From a virus (Duplodnaviria; Caudoviricetes): 36,731 nucleotides of DNA. The stretch covers positions 1 through 36,731 of IMG/VR virus record IMGVR_UViG_3300019731_000001. One strand, 5' to 3'. A program made the translations under genes and the position numbers. Below are positions 9,409-18,693 of this stretch, piece after piece (the stretch's first letter is position 1; each line of letters begins with the position of its first letter). The notes below the pieces were generated by a model that made no database searches, had not been told where the DNA came from, and saw nothing but the letters and a program-made list of their open reading frames with translations.

Positions 9409-11205
9409 ATGTCTGTTTCAAATGATGATGTCAGAGTTTTGGATATTATTGCAAAAGGCGAATTGCCTTCAGAACAGCTTGAAAGTGCTATGTTTAAGCT
9501 TGGCGCTGATGAAGATGACATTCGAGCGTGGAAATTATCAAAATCCCCTAATTTGTCTGCGGACCAAAGAGAATCCGTCCAAATCAAGGTCATCGATAAG
9601 ATCAGAACGCAAAAACAAGATAAATTATCTGACGAATGGGCGGCAACTGTAAAGGGCGGATTGCAAGGCGTTACTTTTGGATTTGCCGATGAAATTGAAT
9701 CTGGTTTTAGGGCAGGACTTGAAACTATTAAAACCGGCGCCGATTTTCAAAAAATTTATGATAAAAAGGTAAAGCGAGAACGCGCTGAATTGAAGCGCCT
9801 TGAGGAAAAACACCCATTACAATTTATTGGTGCCGAGCTTGGAGCTTCTCTTGTTCTTCCCGTTCCTGGTGCAAGAGTTAGGGGTGCTAAAGTGGCAGGA
9901 AAGATGCTCCAAAAATTTGGTTATCTTGCTTTGGAATCGGCAGTACAATCCGCAGGTAAGTCTGAAGCCGATATTATGTCAAAACAATTCATCGAGGATG
10001 TAGCAAAAGGAACAACGCTTGGTACTGTTATCGGTGGGTTAGGCGGCAAGGCAGTTTCAAAAACTGGGGCTTTTTTGAAAAAAGGGATATCTCCAGCAAA
10101 AAGAGCGGCTAATGTAGTGAGTAGCGTTCTTTTTGATTTGCCACCTGCATATACAGAAAAATTGATCGATCCAAAAACAGCCAACAAGATTCTCAATCCA
10201 AAATCGACTGATGACATCATTGATTCAGTTGTTGAACTGACGAAAGATATGGGATCTCATGCGAAAGCCCTTTCAATGAAAGCTCAGAAAAAATTGAGTG
10301 ATGAATACAATATTGACGTAACTGAAGTTATAGAAAATATAGGAAATCTCGAAAGTGTAAAAAAGGTCCAGAGATCAACATTAAACGAAGCGATGAAAAC
10401 AAAAAAGGATGGTGCTAAAGTTATTGAGGATCTCGCTGCACGTTCAAATCAAGACGGATTAATATCTGAAAAGGAATTAAAGCGATTCGTTCAAGATATT
10501 GATCTTGAAATCCCATGGAATAAACTCGAATGGAAAACGAAAGATAAGGTTTTTGCTGATATTCGCGCTTTTATCGATCACAATCTTTTAAAAGCAAATA
10601 AAGAATATGCAAAAGAAATGATTCCAGTAGCGAAAATAATGTCAAATCTGAAAGACGTATCAAAATCGTTTTCTCTTAAACGAGAAGGTTATAAACTTGT
10701 GCCTACGGATGCGACGACAACGAAAGTTAATAATTTTTTCAATGTTGCTGGGATACCAAAAAAACCGGTGACAATTAGCAAACTCAAAGAACTTCAGGAA
10801 CTTAGGCCGGGCGACGGGAAACCAAATATCCTAGAGGATATAGAATTTTCAGCAATAGCAAGACGAACTGAGGGTGGTCTGCCAGCTGGTAGCAAACATA
10901 TTTTGCAAGGTTTGACTGCAGGCACATTATTTGGATCACCTGTTTTTGGTGCTATTGCAGGCGCTGTTAAGGACCGATACGGTAGAAAAGTAGGTAAAAA
11001 TTTACTCCCAGCTTTATCTGGTGCGATTAATGTTACAGATGAGACTTTGCAAAAAGCTTTTCAACAGCTGAATCCAGAAATTTTAGAGCGTTTTGCTAGA
11101 ACAACAGGTCGTTTCACTGGTGTTTCTCAAGGAATTGACGCATCTCAGAAACCACCATCATCTTTATTTTATAAGCAACAAACAAGTTTAATACCTCAAC
11201 GATAG
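9409..11205 (+). CDS. Large putative DNA-ejection protein
   Basis: QGVTFGFADEI motif common in phage internal/injection proteins; Gly/Ala-rich segments. ATG 9409 follows the upstream stop. Confidence 0.55.
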   Translation: MSVSNDDVRVLDIIAKGELPSEQLESAMFKLGADEDDIRAWKLSKSPNLSADQRESVQIKVIDKIRTQKQDKLSDEWAATVKGGLQGVTFGFADEIESGFRAGLETIKTGADFQKIYDKKVKRERAELKRLEEKHPLQFIGAELGASLVLPVPGARVRGAKVAGKMLQKFGYLALESAVQSAGKSEADIMSKQFIEDVAKGTTLGTVIGGLGGKAVSKTGAFLKKGISPAKRAANVVSSVLFDLPPAYTEKLIDPKTANKILNPKSTDDIIDSVVELTKDMGSHAKALSMKAQKKLSDEYNIDVTEVIENIGNLESVKKVQRSTLNEAMKTKKDGAKVIEDLAARSNQDGLISEKELKRFVQDIDLEIPWNKLEWKTKDKVFADIRAFIDHNLLKANKEYAKEMIPVAKIMSNLKDVSKSFSLKREGYKLVPTDATTTKVNNFFNVAGIPKKPVTISKLKELQELRPGDGKPNILEDIEFSAIARRTEGGLPAGSKHILQGLTAGTLFGSPVFGAIAGAVKDRYGRKVGKNLLPALSGAINVTDETLQKAFQQLNPEILERFARTTGRFTGVSQGIDASQKPPSSLFYKQQTSLIPQR

Positions 11206-11215
11206 GAGAATAATA

Positions 11216-12505
11216 ATGGCAAGCCCAAGCGTAACATATACGTTTACCAACGCTACAACCGCGGACGCTGCTCAGGTGAATCAAAATTTCACGGATATTT
11301 TAAATTCATTATCAGATTCGACAAAATCACTGACGATCGATGCTTTAACGTGTGCGGGAAACGTTGCTTTCAACGCAAATACAAGCATAGGCAATGCTAC
11401 CGCTGACGATTTGACAGTTACCGCACGTTTGGCGAGTGATTTGATACCTAAGACAGATAGCACTTACGATTTAGGAAATACATCACTTCGTTATGCCGAG
11501 GCATGGATTGATGCAATTACAGGAAGCACGTTAACGATGGCCGGTGATTGTACTTTCGAAGGCGCTGTAACGATAAACGATAGTGGCGCGGATAAAGATT
11601 TTAGAGTTGAAGCGAGCGGTGTTGCAAATGCGTTGTTTGTGCAGGGTAGTGACGGCAACGTGGGGCTTGGGACGGGTAGTCCTACTGATTCTGGGGGATT
11701 CTCAAGGGCTTTAGACATCCAAGGATCTGGGGGTGCTTCTGCATATTTCCGTGATTCCGATGCTACATCATTATACTTAAACACAGGATTTGCAGGAACT
11801 AAGGCATATTTATGGGCAAATGGTGCCAGTACAGAGTTATCTTTGGGTACGGTAGGTACTGAACGAGTTCTGATAGATGCATCAGGAAATATGGGAATTG
11901 GTAAATTTTCAAGTCTTGGAGCAAGAATACATTTAGAAAATGCTTCAGCGACATCTATTGCTCATGCGATTTTTAATAATTCATCAGCGTTGAATGGCAG
12001 TGCTAGTGCATATATCACCTTGCGCCAAGGTGGTTCTGATATATCACTGCTTCATGCGGCTAGAAATTCAGCTGCTTCGGCTTTTATGGGTATCTTAGAA
12101 ATGGATGATCATGGAGGAACTACTAGGACTCTATTTTGGGACAACAGCGGCACTGTTAAAATCGGGAATAGTGTTGCTCAAGCTGCCGCAAATACTGGCA
12201 CTGTAGTAGGCACGCAAACATCTGATGAGAGAACTAAGATAAACATATCTCCTATTTCTTACGGGATCGATACTATCAATGCTTTACGTCCTATTGAATA
12301 TGATCAAAACAATCAGCATAAATTGGGTTTTGGAGCACAAACGACACTGCCGATATTGCCAGAAGCAGTTTATGATACTGGCATTGATGAGTTTAATGAT
12401 ACAAATAATACAAAATTGGCTATGGAATATGTGCAAATCATACCTGTCTTAGTCAAAGCGCTTCAAGAACTAAACGCCAAAGTAGAGGCTATTAAAAATG
12501 CTTAA
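11216..12505 (+). CDS. Tail fibre/spike with C-terminal intramolecular chaperone (peptidase S74-like)
   Basis: N-terminal YTFTNATTADAAQVNQNF anchor, GNVGLGT/GNMGIG repeats, TSDERTKINI cleavage motif, GFGAQ, terminal coiled coil LVKALQEL. Confidence 0.85.
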   Translation: MASPSVTYTFTNATTADAAQVNQNFTDILNSLSDSTKSLTIDALTCAGNVAFNANTSIGNATADDLTVTARLASDLIPKTDSTYDLGNTSLRYAEAWIDAITGSTLTMAGDCTFEGAVTINDSGADKDFRVEASGVANALFVQGSDGNVGLGTGSPTDSGGFSRALDIQGSGGASAYFRDSDATSLYLNTGFAGTKAYLWANGASTELSLGTVGTERVLIDASGNMGIGKFSSLGARIHLENASATSIAHAIFNNSSALNGSASAYITLRQGGSDISLLHAARNSAASAFMGILEMDDHGGTTRTLFWDNSGTVKIGNSVAQAAANTGTVVGTQTSDERTKINISPISYGIDTINALRPIEYDQNNQHKLGFGAQTTLPILPEAVYDTGIDEFNDTNNTKLAMEYVQIIPVLVKALQELNAKVEAIKNA

Positions 12506-13280
12506 AATTCTGGCGTTATCTTTTGCGTTGATTTGTTGCGGTTCGCATAAACCGCACAAATCTTCCAGTTCTATTGAAATTTTGCAGCAACGTAAGGATT
12601 ATTACGTTAGTGAGATTGATAAACATGCTATTTATCATCATCGTTGCGACAAACTAACATTCCGCGGCCTATTATCAGCATTTGGACCCAGGCAAGCTGT
12701 GGAGGAGCATGAAATCGAGCCTGGCAAGTTTCGCAGGGATGTGATTCCTTGCTTTCCTCATGACTCGCGTTCCTCGATTTCTCTGGACGGCTATTTGGGC
12801 GTCATGCATCATGCGATTACTTACGAAGATTGGGGTATGGTTCAACGTATTGACGACTACGCGCGACGACATCGTTATATTATGGGTGAAGGACCAATTG
12901 AATATACAAATATATTAGTCCTAGCGCCAATTTTGAGCCATTTAGCAGGCAACCATGCATTGGGTATCCCCAAGGATATTTCAGACGGCTATAGGGGCCA
13001 TGTCGCGGCGATATTGATCCTACTCAGAGGCAGAACTTATGGTCGGCTGAATAATGCGGAACTATTCGCATTGAAGAAACTTCACGATCTTTCACCAAAA
13101 AATCCGCTTTACGCTGCTGCGTATCATCGATTTTCCGATGGTGACCAAACTGAAGCTCAATCAATTTTGCTCCGCGATTTTACTGATTCTTTCCCAGAAA
13201 CTACGGCTCGTTATGGTTGGGGTAGTGCTCCTGATTCGGTCTTTTTTATTGTCACAATGGGCATAATTGAAGGCAAATAA
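12498..13280 (+). CDS. Hypothetical exported protein / possible lipoprotein
   Basis: N-terminal MLKILALSFALICCG signal-like segment; overlaps the tail fibre stop. Confidence 0.5.
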   Translation: MLKILALSFALICCGSHKPHKSSSSIEILQQRKDYYVSEIDKHAIYHHRCDKLTFRGLLSAFGPRQAVEEHEIEPGKFRRDVIPCFPHDSRSSISLDGYLGVMHHAITYEDWGMVQRIDDYARRHRYIMGEGPIEYTNILVLAPILSHLAGNHALGIPKDISDGYRGHVAAILILLRGRTYGRLNNAELFALKKLHDLSPKNPLYAAAYHRFSDGDQTEAQSILLRDFTDSFPETTARYGWGSAPDSVFFIVTMGIIEGK

Positions 13281-13283
13281 TCC

Positions 13284-13312
13284 TTGCTTTTCTCAAAATT
13301 CATGATTAAATT
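13284..13312 (+). promoter_or_regulatory. Sigma70-like promoter upstream of the sugar-pathway cluster
   Basis: TTGCTT-N17-TAAATT in the only intergenic gap before 13340. Confidence 0.45.
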
Positions 13313-13339
13313 TAATTCATATTAAAAATGAGGTTTATT

Positions 13340-13579
13340 ATGGGTAATGAGTTTGTATATAGTGTAATAATAATTGTGCTAATAGGGTTTGTCTTTCTAA
13401 TATCGATTATCATTTCCGACCAAATAAAAATAAAAACTTTAAAAAAGAAAATTAAACAAAAACCGGCTAGTATTGAGCTCCGTGAATTTTTAGCCGATTT
13501 AGCGGCTGGTGAGGCGTTGATTTCAATTCAGCGAGTGAATCCTGACCACCTTTTCACATATTCCCCAAAGGACAAGTAA
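13340..13579 (+). CDS. Small single-pass membrane protein
   Basis: Hydrophobic helix (VYSVIIIVLIGFVFLISIIIS) followed by a basic stretch; RBS gaggt favours ATG 13340. Confidence 0.6.
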   Translation: MGNEFVYSVIIIVLIGFVFLISIIISDQIKIKTLKKKIKQKPASIELREFLADLAAGEALISIQRVNPDHLFTYSPKDK

Positions 13580-13580
13580 A

Positions 13581-14420
13581 ATGAGATATTTGATAATTGG
13601 CGGGACTGGTACTTTAGGCAAAGAACTGGTTTCGAGGTTTTATGAACGTCATGAGATCACAATTTTTTCACGGGATGAATTCAAGCAAAGTCACATGAAA
13701 AAGGTGTATCCAAATATTCGATACATCATCGGTGATATTAGAAATGAACGAGACCTCGAGTTTGACTTTTCAAATTACGATATGGTGTATCATACTGCCG
13801 CTTTGAAACATGTTGATATTGGTGAGGTCAATGTTTGGCCTTTTATTGACGTGAATCTCAACGGCACAATAAACGTTGCAAGATCATGTCAAAAAGCTGG
13901 TGTAAAGCTGGTATTTTTTTCGACTGATAAGGCAGTTCTTCCAATAAATACTTATGGAATGAGTAAAGCACTTGCGGAAAAATATATACAAGCCAACAAC
14001 GACAACGCGGCTATTTTTCGTTGGGGAAATATTCTCGGTTCAAGGGGTTCAATTGTTCCAGCATTTGTTAAAATTATTAAAAATGACGGAATTGTTCCCA
14101 TTACGCATGTTGAAATGACTCGTTTTTGGCTGACTATAAATGAAGTGGTGGATTTCGTCATTGAAAAAGAATCTCATAAAAATCCCAAAAAAATACTTAT
14201 TCCTACCGTTTTAAGTGCAAAAGTAACTGATCTAGCGTTGTCGATAGGGAAAATTCTCGATAAAACTGTCAAATTTAAAGATATCGGGATACGGCCAGGT
14301 GAGAAGATCCACGAGCATTTATACACGGACCATGAGTATTGTATTCGTTCCGATAACTGTGCAAAATACACGATTGATGATCTCATATTAAAACTCAAAC
14401 CAATTGTGGATATGTTATGA
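13581..14420 (+). CDS. pseB: UDP-GlcNAc 4,6-dehydratase (PseB/FlaA1/CapD-like SDR)
   Basis: GGTGTLG, SRDEFKQ, GDIR, HTAALKHV, STDKA..P.NTYGMSK, RWGNILGSRGSIVP, MTRFW, GIRPGEKIHE. Confidence 0.88.
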   Translation: MRYLIIGGTGTLGKELVSRFYERHEITIFSRDEFKQSHMKKVYPNIRYIIGDIRNERDLEFDFSNYDMVYHTAALKHVDIGEVNVWPFIDVNLNGTINVARSCQKAGVKLVFFSTDKAVLPINTYGMSKALAEKYIQANNDNAAIFRWGNILGSRGSIVPAFVKIIKNDGIVPITHVEMTRFWLTINEVVDFVIEKESHKNPKKILIPTVLSAKVTDLALSIGKILDKTVKFKDIGIRPGEKIHEHLYTDHEYCIRSDNCAKYTIDDLILKLKPIVDML

Positions 14421-15079
14421 AAATAGCAGTGATAGGAGCCCATGGGAATATGGGCTTGAAATATAGAGTTATATTGAATTATTTAGGCGTTAAAGTGGTG
14501 CCTGTTGATATTGGAACACCCCAAGACGACCTTGACAACTGTGACGCTTTTTTAATAGCAACACCAACAGACACACACATAAAACTTATAGATTATTATG
14601 CCGTTTTTGGAAAACCAATTCTCTGCGAAAAACCTCTAAGCGTTGACGTTGAGGCGGTCAAAGAGATTTGCAAGAGTAGAAAATTAAAGCTCCGAATGAT
14701 TAACCAGTACGAATATTTCGAAATTCAGCGAAATGCTAAATTAAAAGACATAAAAGTGTTGCGAATTGAAGACGGTTTACCAAAAACTAGCTATAATTAT
14801 TACAAAAGTGGCGGCGATGGTTTGCTCTGGGATTGTATTAATATCATCGGGCTTGCGGAGGGGACAGTTGATTTGAGCAACGAAAGCCCCATATGGAAGT
14901 GTACGTTGAATGGTGTTCCCTTGGACATCGCCGATATGGATTTCGCTTATATTTGGAACATCCGCGATTGGCTGGAAAAGCTTGATCAGAACAAGCGATA
15001 TATTGTTAGAACTCATGAGCGAGTAGAGGAGTTTTTAAATGCTTACAATAACGATCGGGATTCAGACGAGATTGAGTAG
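14417..15079 (+). CDS. Gfo/Idh/MocA-family NAD(P)-dependent oxidoreductase (short)
   Basis: IAVIGAHGNMG Rossmann motif, IATPTDTH, ILCEKP. Confidence 0.8.
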   Translation: MKIAVIGAHGNMGLKYRVILNYLGVKVVPVDIGTPQDDLDNCDAFLIATPTDTHIKLIDYYAVFGKPILCEKPLSVDVEAVKEICKSRKLKLRMINQYEYFEIQRNAKLKDIKVLRIEDGLPKTSYNYYKSGGDGLLWDCINIIGLAEGTVDLSNESPIWKCTLNGVPLDIADMDFAYIWNIRDWLEKLDQNKRYIVRTHERVEEFLNAYNNDRDSDEIE

Positions 15080-15779
15080 CAGCAGGTTGCCGCGAAAGAG
15101 TATCTACGAAATAAACGATAAAACGTTGACCATGCATCTGCTCGATAGAGTTTTTAACAGCGTTTTTTGGATGGGTAAAAAGCCCGACAGAAATCATGTT
15201 CGTTTTGAGGTTTATCTTTTGTTTCCTCAATCTGAAGACGACTATTGGAAGCCATTTATAATTCGCTATAACAAAGCCAATAATACGATTTTGAAGTATG
15301 TTTCTGGAGATATGGACAACGTATTTTCACGCTATGAACGGCTTTATGACGCTTCACGCCCCAATTATCTGGTTCGGCTTACGGGCGACTGTCCAATGAT
15401 ACCCAGTCCGTTATTGAGCAAAATGATCAATATCGCTACCAAACACCGACTCGACTACACTTCAAACGTTGACGAGCGTTTTCGCACGATGCCAGATGGA
15501 TATGACGTTGAAATTATGAGTGATAAGGCGTTTGAATGGTTAATGATCAATATTGAGCGTGGCAATATGACAGATAAGGAGCATGTAACAACTTATCTAA
15601 GATCAAATCATCCAGAGTGGATGCGAGTGGCACATTTTTCATCGAACGTTGATCATAGCGATTTTAAAATTAGCGTTGATACTAAACAAGATTTTGATTT
15701 TGTAAAGTCGCGATATAATGCTAAATTTAATAAGGATAATATGGCTTTAGAGAAAGGGTACGGAGTTTATGAATATTAA
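15039..15779 (+). CDS. spsF: SpsF/PseF-like acylneuraminate cytidylyltransferase
   Basis: IQTRLSSSRLPRK, G..DNVFSRY, VRLTGDCP, PDGYDVE, EHVTTY, ISVDTKQDF. Confidence 0.85.
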   Translation: MLTITIGIQTRLSSSRLPRKSIYEINDKTLTMHLLDRVFNSVFWMGKKPDRNHVRFEVYLLFPQSEDDYWKPFIIRYNKANNTILKYVSGDMDNVFSRYERLYDASRPNYLVRLTGDCPMIPSPLLSKMINIATKHRLDYTSNVDERFRTMPDGYDVEIMSDKAFEWLMINIERGNMTDKEHVTTYLRSNHPEWMRVAHFSSNVDHSDFKISVDTKQDFDFVKSRYNAKFNKDNMALEKGYGVYEY

Positions 15780-16998
15780 TGAAAATGTTTATGAATATGA
15801 GCTTGAACAAAACATTGCCCAGGGAGCTCTGACAAATTCGAAACATCCAAATAGGTTTGTGAACGGTATTTATCCACAAGTCATAAGTCACGGCCATGGT
15901 TGTCATTTATATGATCTGCATGGCGATGCTTATATTGATTTTATTTGTGGACTTGGAACGAATCTTTTCGGCTATGGCAACGAGAAACTTCATAATTACG
16001 TTTCACGTTTTTCGAAACAAGGTGCTTGTCATAGTTTGCCCAGCAAGTGGGAAATCATCGCTGCTAGAAAAGTCAAAGAAATCCTACCATTTGTCGAACG
16101 TGTTAAATTCGTTAATGACGGTTCCTCGGCTTGCTCTGCGGCTATTACAATGGCTAGGTGTTATCAACAATATTATGGTGATACAAGGCGTCTCATGGTG
16201 CATTCTGAAGGTTATCATGGTTGGCATGACAATTTTACTGCTTTGACTCCTCCGGCACATGGTGTCATCAAAAAAGGCTATATCAAGCCGCTATCCGAAA
16301 TGGATCATGCCGCTCCTGAAAAAATCGCTGCTATTATCATCGAGCCAGTTCAATTAGACGACTCACGCGAACGAATAGACTATTTGAACGAATTGCGTTC
16401 ATTTTGTTCAGCCCATGGCATTGTTTTGATATTTGATGAAACCATAACAGGGTTACGTTATCCGAAACTGTCGGTGAGCGCCGCGTTTAATATTCAACCA
16501 GACCTCATCATTATGGGAAAAGCCCTTGCCAATGGTGAGAAAGTGTCGTTTATTGCTGGCAAAAGTCATTTGACGGAGCTCGATTATTTTGTTTCAGGTA
16601 CGTATCATGGTCATGCTCAAACGCTTGCGAGTGTCGCTTATACTATACACATGGCTCAACACGATTCACAATATGACGTTTCGTATCTATGCAACGAAGG
16701 GAAATGGTTTGCTGACGAACTAAATAAATGTTCTGAGCCGATGTTTAGGTTGTGTGGTTATGGATCAAGGGCAGCTTTTCAAGGAAATCAAGAACAGATT
16801 GCTCTTTTTTGGCAAGAAATGGCAAAAGCCGGAATTTTATTTGGACCAAGCTTTTTTCTAAATTGGGATTTAATTCCTCATTTGAACGAAGTTCTATATA
16901 TTGCAGACCGTGTTATTTCTAAAATAAAAAATGGAGATATTGTTTTAGAAGGAAATATGCCTACATCTCCTTTTTCACAGAAAGCGAGGAAACAATGA
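15769..16998 (+). CDS. Class III PLP aminotransferase (glutamate-1-semialdehyde aminomutase-like)
   Basis: GCHLYDLHGDAYIDF, GYHGWHD, IIIEP, LIFDETITGLR, PDLIIMGKALANG (PLP lysine), SGTY. Confidence 0.88.
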   Translation: MNINENVYEYELEQNIAQGALTNSKHPNRFVNGIYPQVISHGHGCHLYDLHGDAYIDFICGLGTNLFGYGNEKLHNYVSRFSKQGACHSLPSKWEIIAARKVKEILPFVERVKFVNDGSSACSAAITMARCYQQYYGDTRRLMVHSEGYHGWHDNFTALTPPAHGVIKKGYIKPLSEMDHAAPEKIAAIIIEPVQLDDSRERIDYLNELRSFCSAHGIVLIFDETITGLRYPKLSVSAAFNIQPDLIIMGKALANGEKVSFIAGKSHLTELDYFVSGTYHGHAQTLASVAYTIHMAQHDSQYDVSYLCNEGKWFADELNKCSEPMFRLCGYGSRAAFQGNQEQIALFWQEMAKAGILFGPSFFLNWDLIPHLNEVLYIADRVISKIKNGDIVLEGNMPTSPFSQKARKQ

Positions 16999-17180
16999 CG
17001 TTATCAACAGAAAAAAAAGCAGAATTACGTGAACTTTTCGAACGAAAAAAAGAACTTGATGAAGTTGAACGACAGTTACGAGTAGACATGCAAGCATGGA
17101 ATGAGCGAGTTTTTGAAATAACCGGTTCTGATAAAACGAAACCTCTTAATTTAAATGATTTAATGCTAATGGTGTTGTGA
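16995..17180 (+). CDS. Small hypothetical coiled-coil protein
   Basis: 61 aa, translationally coupled on both sides (ATGA / GTGA overlaps). Confidence 0.55.
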   Translation: MTLSTEKKAELRELFERKKELDEVERQLRVDMQAWNERVFEITGSDKTKPLNLNDLMLMVL

Positions 17181-17677
17181 TGGGAACGCTTTTAAGACGG
17201 ATTACAGAAGATGATTTACCTGCTCTTTTTTGTGCCAGGAATCATCCCGCTATTATGAATATGTGTCGTCAATATGCTCCACTTCATTGGGATGATCATC
17301 TTGATTGGTTTGAATGGCAAAGGAAAGATCCAAAGACAGAAATGTTTATAGCTCCCAATGATTCTGGAGTCGTTGGTTTAACATCGATTGATTTGATTGC
17401 TAGAAAAGCGGAATTTTCCTGTTATATTGATCCTTCTATGCAAGAAAATGGGTATGGAAAATTAGCATTAAATGAGCTTTTTAATTTTGGATTCAATGAT
17501 TTAAATCTAAATTTAATTTGGGGTGAGACATTCGAAGGAAATCCGGCATATAAGATTTTTACCGATAAGCTTGGTATGAATCATGACGGCACGAGAAGAG
17601 AATTCTACTATAAAGATGGTAAATATATCAATGCTCATTTAGTTTCTATAACGAGGAAAGAATGGATTCCAAAATAA
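17177..17677 (+). CDS. pseH: GNAT N-acetyltransferase (PseH/RimJ-like)
   Basis: RNHP.I, H..WFE, VGLTSID...RKAEF..YI, GYGK.AL..L...GF..LNL..I.GE. Confidence 0.75.
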   Translation: MMGTLLRRITEDDLPALFCARNHPAIMNMCRQYAPLHWDDHLDWFEWQRKDPKTEMFIAPNDSGVVGLTSIDLIARKAEFSCYIDPSMQENGYGKLALNELFNFGFNDLNLNLIWGETFEGNPAYKIFTDKLGMNHDGTRREFYYKDGKYINAHLVSITRKEWIPK

Positions 17678-17928
17678 TAATTTTTTGGTTAGCGTTTATG
17701 GTCTTAAACTTCCTTTGTCTTTGTGCGGTTATATTTTTAATCTATAACCGCACTTTTCCGCCTTATAAGCCAAATAGACCTAAGAAAAACTACCCAAAAG
17801 AAAATTTGCTATCGAATCTTCAATCGACTATCATAAAAAACGAGCCTAAGTTTAAGCCCATAGTTAAAACTGACCAAGAGCTATTTGATGAATACAGAAG
17901 AAATCATAGCAGTAGCATCGGCCATTAG
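17662..17928 (+). CDS. Small membrane protein
   Basis: N-terminal hydrophobic helix followed by a basic, Pro-rich tail. Confidence 0.5.
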   Translation: MDSKIIIFWLAFMVLNFLCLCAVIFLIYNRTFPPYKPNRPKKNYPKENLLSNLQSTIIKNEPKFKPIVKTDQELFDEYRRNHSSSIGH

Positions 17929-18139
17929 TGTTATTTTTCTAGTTGTTTTTCGGTTTCTTTTGTCAAAAGTGCAAAATGAGTTTCAAAGTTTTAAAGACGA
18001 ATTGCGTTTATTTCAAAAAGATATCTCTGATAAAATTAATTCTCTTGACAAATCCTTGGCGGTCAAAAGTCACATAATCGATTATCTTCATAAAGAGATC
18101 GAAGACATTAAAGCGAATTGTAAAAATCATAAAATTTAG
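17885..18139 (+). CDS. Small membrane-anchored coiled-coil protein (possible holin/lysis accessory)
   Basis: One TM helix then a heptad coiled coil, at the end of the late operon. Function is inferred only. Confidence 0.4.
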   Translation: MMNTEEIIAVASAISVIFLVVFRFLLSKVQNEFQSFKDELRLFQKDISDKINSLDKSLAVKSHIIDYLHKEIEDIKANCKNHKI

Positions 18140-18147
18140 GAGCTATT

Positions 18148-18420
18148 ATGAATAAAATAGGTATTAAAGAAACGATGGAAATGGTTGAATTTGCCGATTA
18201 TGTCGTGGATAAGCTTAGTCAGGCTTTAGACGAGGATGGTAAAATTGACATTAAAGACGTAATGTCAATGGTTTTAGACGCCCCAGATAAGACGTTTTCA
18301 TCAATCTGGGGTAGTTGGGAAATAGCAGACGAGCTTGCGGACTTGGACGAATCTGAAACGTTAGAACTTATAATGAAAGTTTTTCCTGTTATTAAAAAAA
18401 TAGTCGCAATTTTCGATTGA
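18148..18420 (+). CDS. Hypothetical acidic protein
   Basis: RBS aggag; last plus-strand gene before convergence with the early region. Confidence 0.6.
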   Translation: MNKIGIKETMEMVEFADYVVDKLSQALDEDGKIDIKDVMSMVLDAPDKTFSSIWGSWEIADELADLDESETLELIMKVFPVIKKIVAIFD

Positions 18421-18423
18421 TCA

Positions 18424-18693
18424 TTAACCAGAACCATCGCCATCGCCAGAGTCATATCCATAGCCAGATCCATAGCCAGATCCATCGCCAGAGCCATCGC
18501 CAGAGTCATATCCATAGGAGAAGCCAGAGCCAGAGCCAGAGCCAGAGCCAGAACCATCGCCAGAGTCAGAAACATATCCAGAGCCAGAGCCAGATCCAGA
18601 GCCATCGCCAGAGCCATCGCCAGAGCCAGAGCCAGAAAAATAGCCAAAGCCTAAGCCAGAGCCATCGAATGGCGATATTAGTGACTTGTCCAT
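18424..18693 (-). CDS. Gly/Ser/Asp/Tyr low-complexity repeat protein (GSGDG/GSGYG)
   Basis: Gly at nearly every second residue; start overlaps the upstream DUF6948-like gene, a pairing I recognise from other phages. Confidence 0.6.
   Translation of the reverse strand: MDKSLISPFDGSGLGFGYFSGSGSGDGSGDGSGSGSGSGYVSDSGDGSGSGSGSGSGFSYGYDSGDGSGDGSGYGSGYGYDSGDGDGSG
18428..18666. repeat. Degenerate hexamer tandem array (gccaga/gccatc/tccata units)
   Basis: Visible directly; encodes the Gly-X repeat on the minus strand. Confidence 0.9.

Noticed and set aside
15769-16998. hemL (tetrapyrrole synthesis) as an auxiliary metabolic gene
   Set aside because: No other haem genes. It is coupled to SpsF-like and PseH-like genes, a context typical of sugar aminotransferases.
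13581-17677. Sugar cluster as a DNA hypermodification system
   Set aside because: No hydroxymethylase, base-modifying enzyme, DNA glycosyltransferase or phage DNA polymerase is recognisable, and the only transferase is a protein-directed Maf type. Considered less likely.
18428-18666. Repeat array as a CRISPR or DGR element
   Set aside because: No unique spacers between constant repeats, and no cas or reverse transcriptase gene in the genome.
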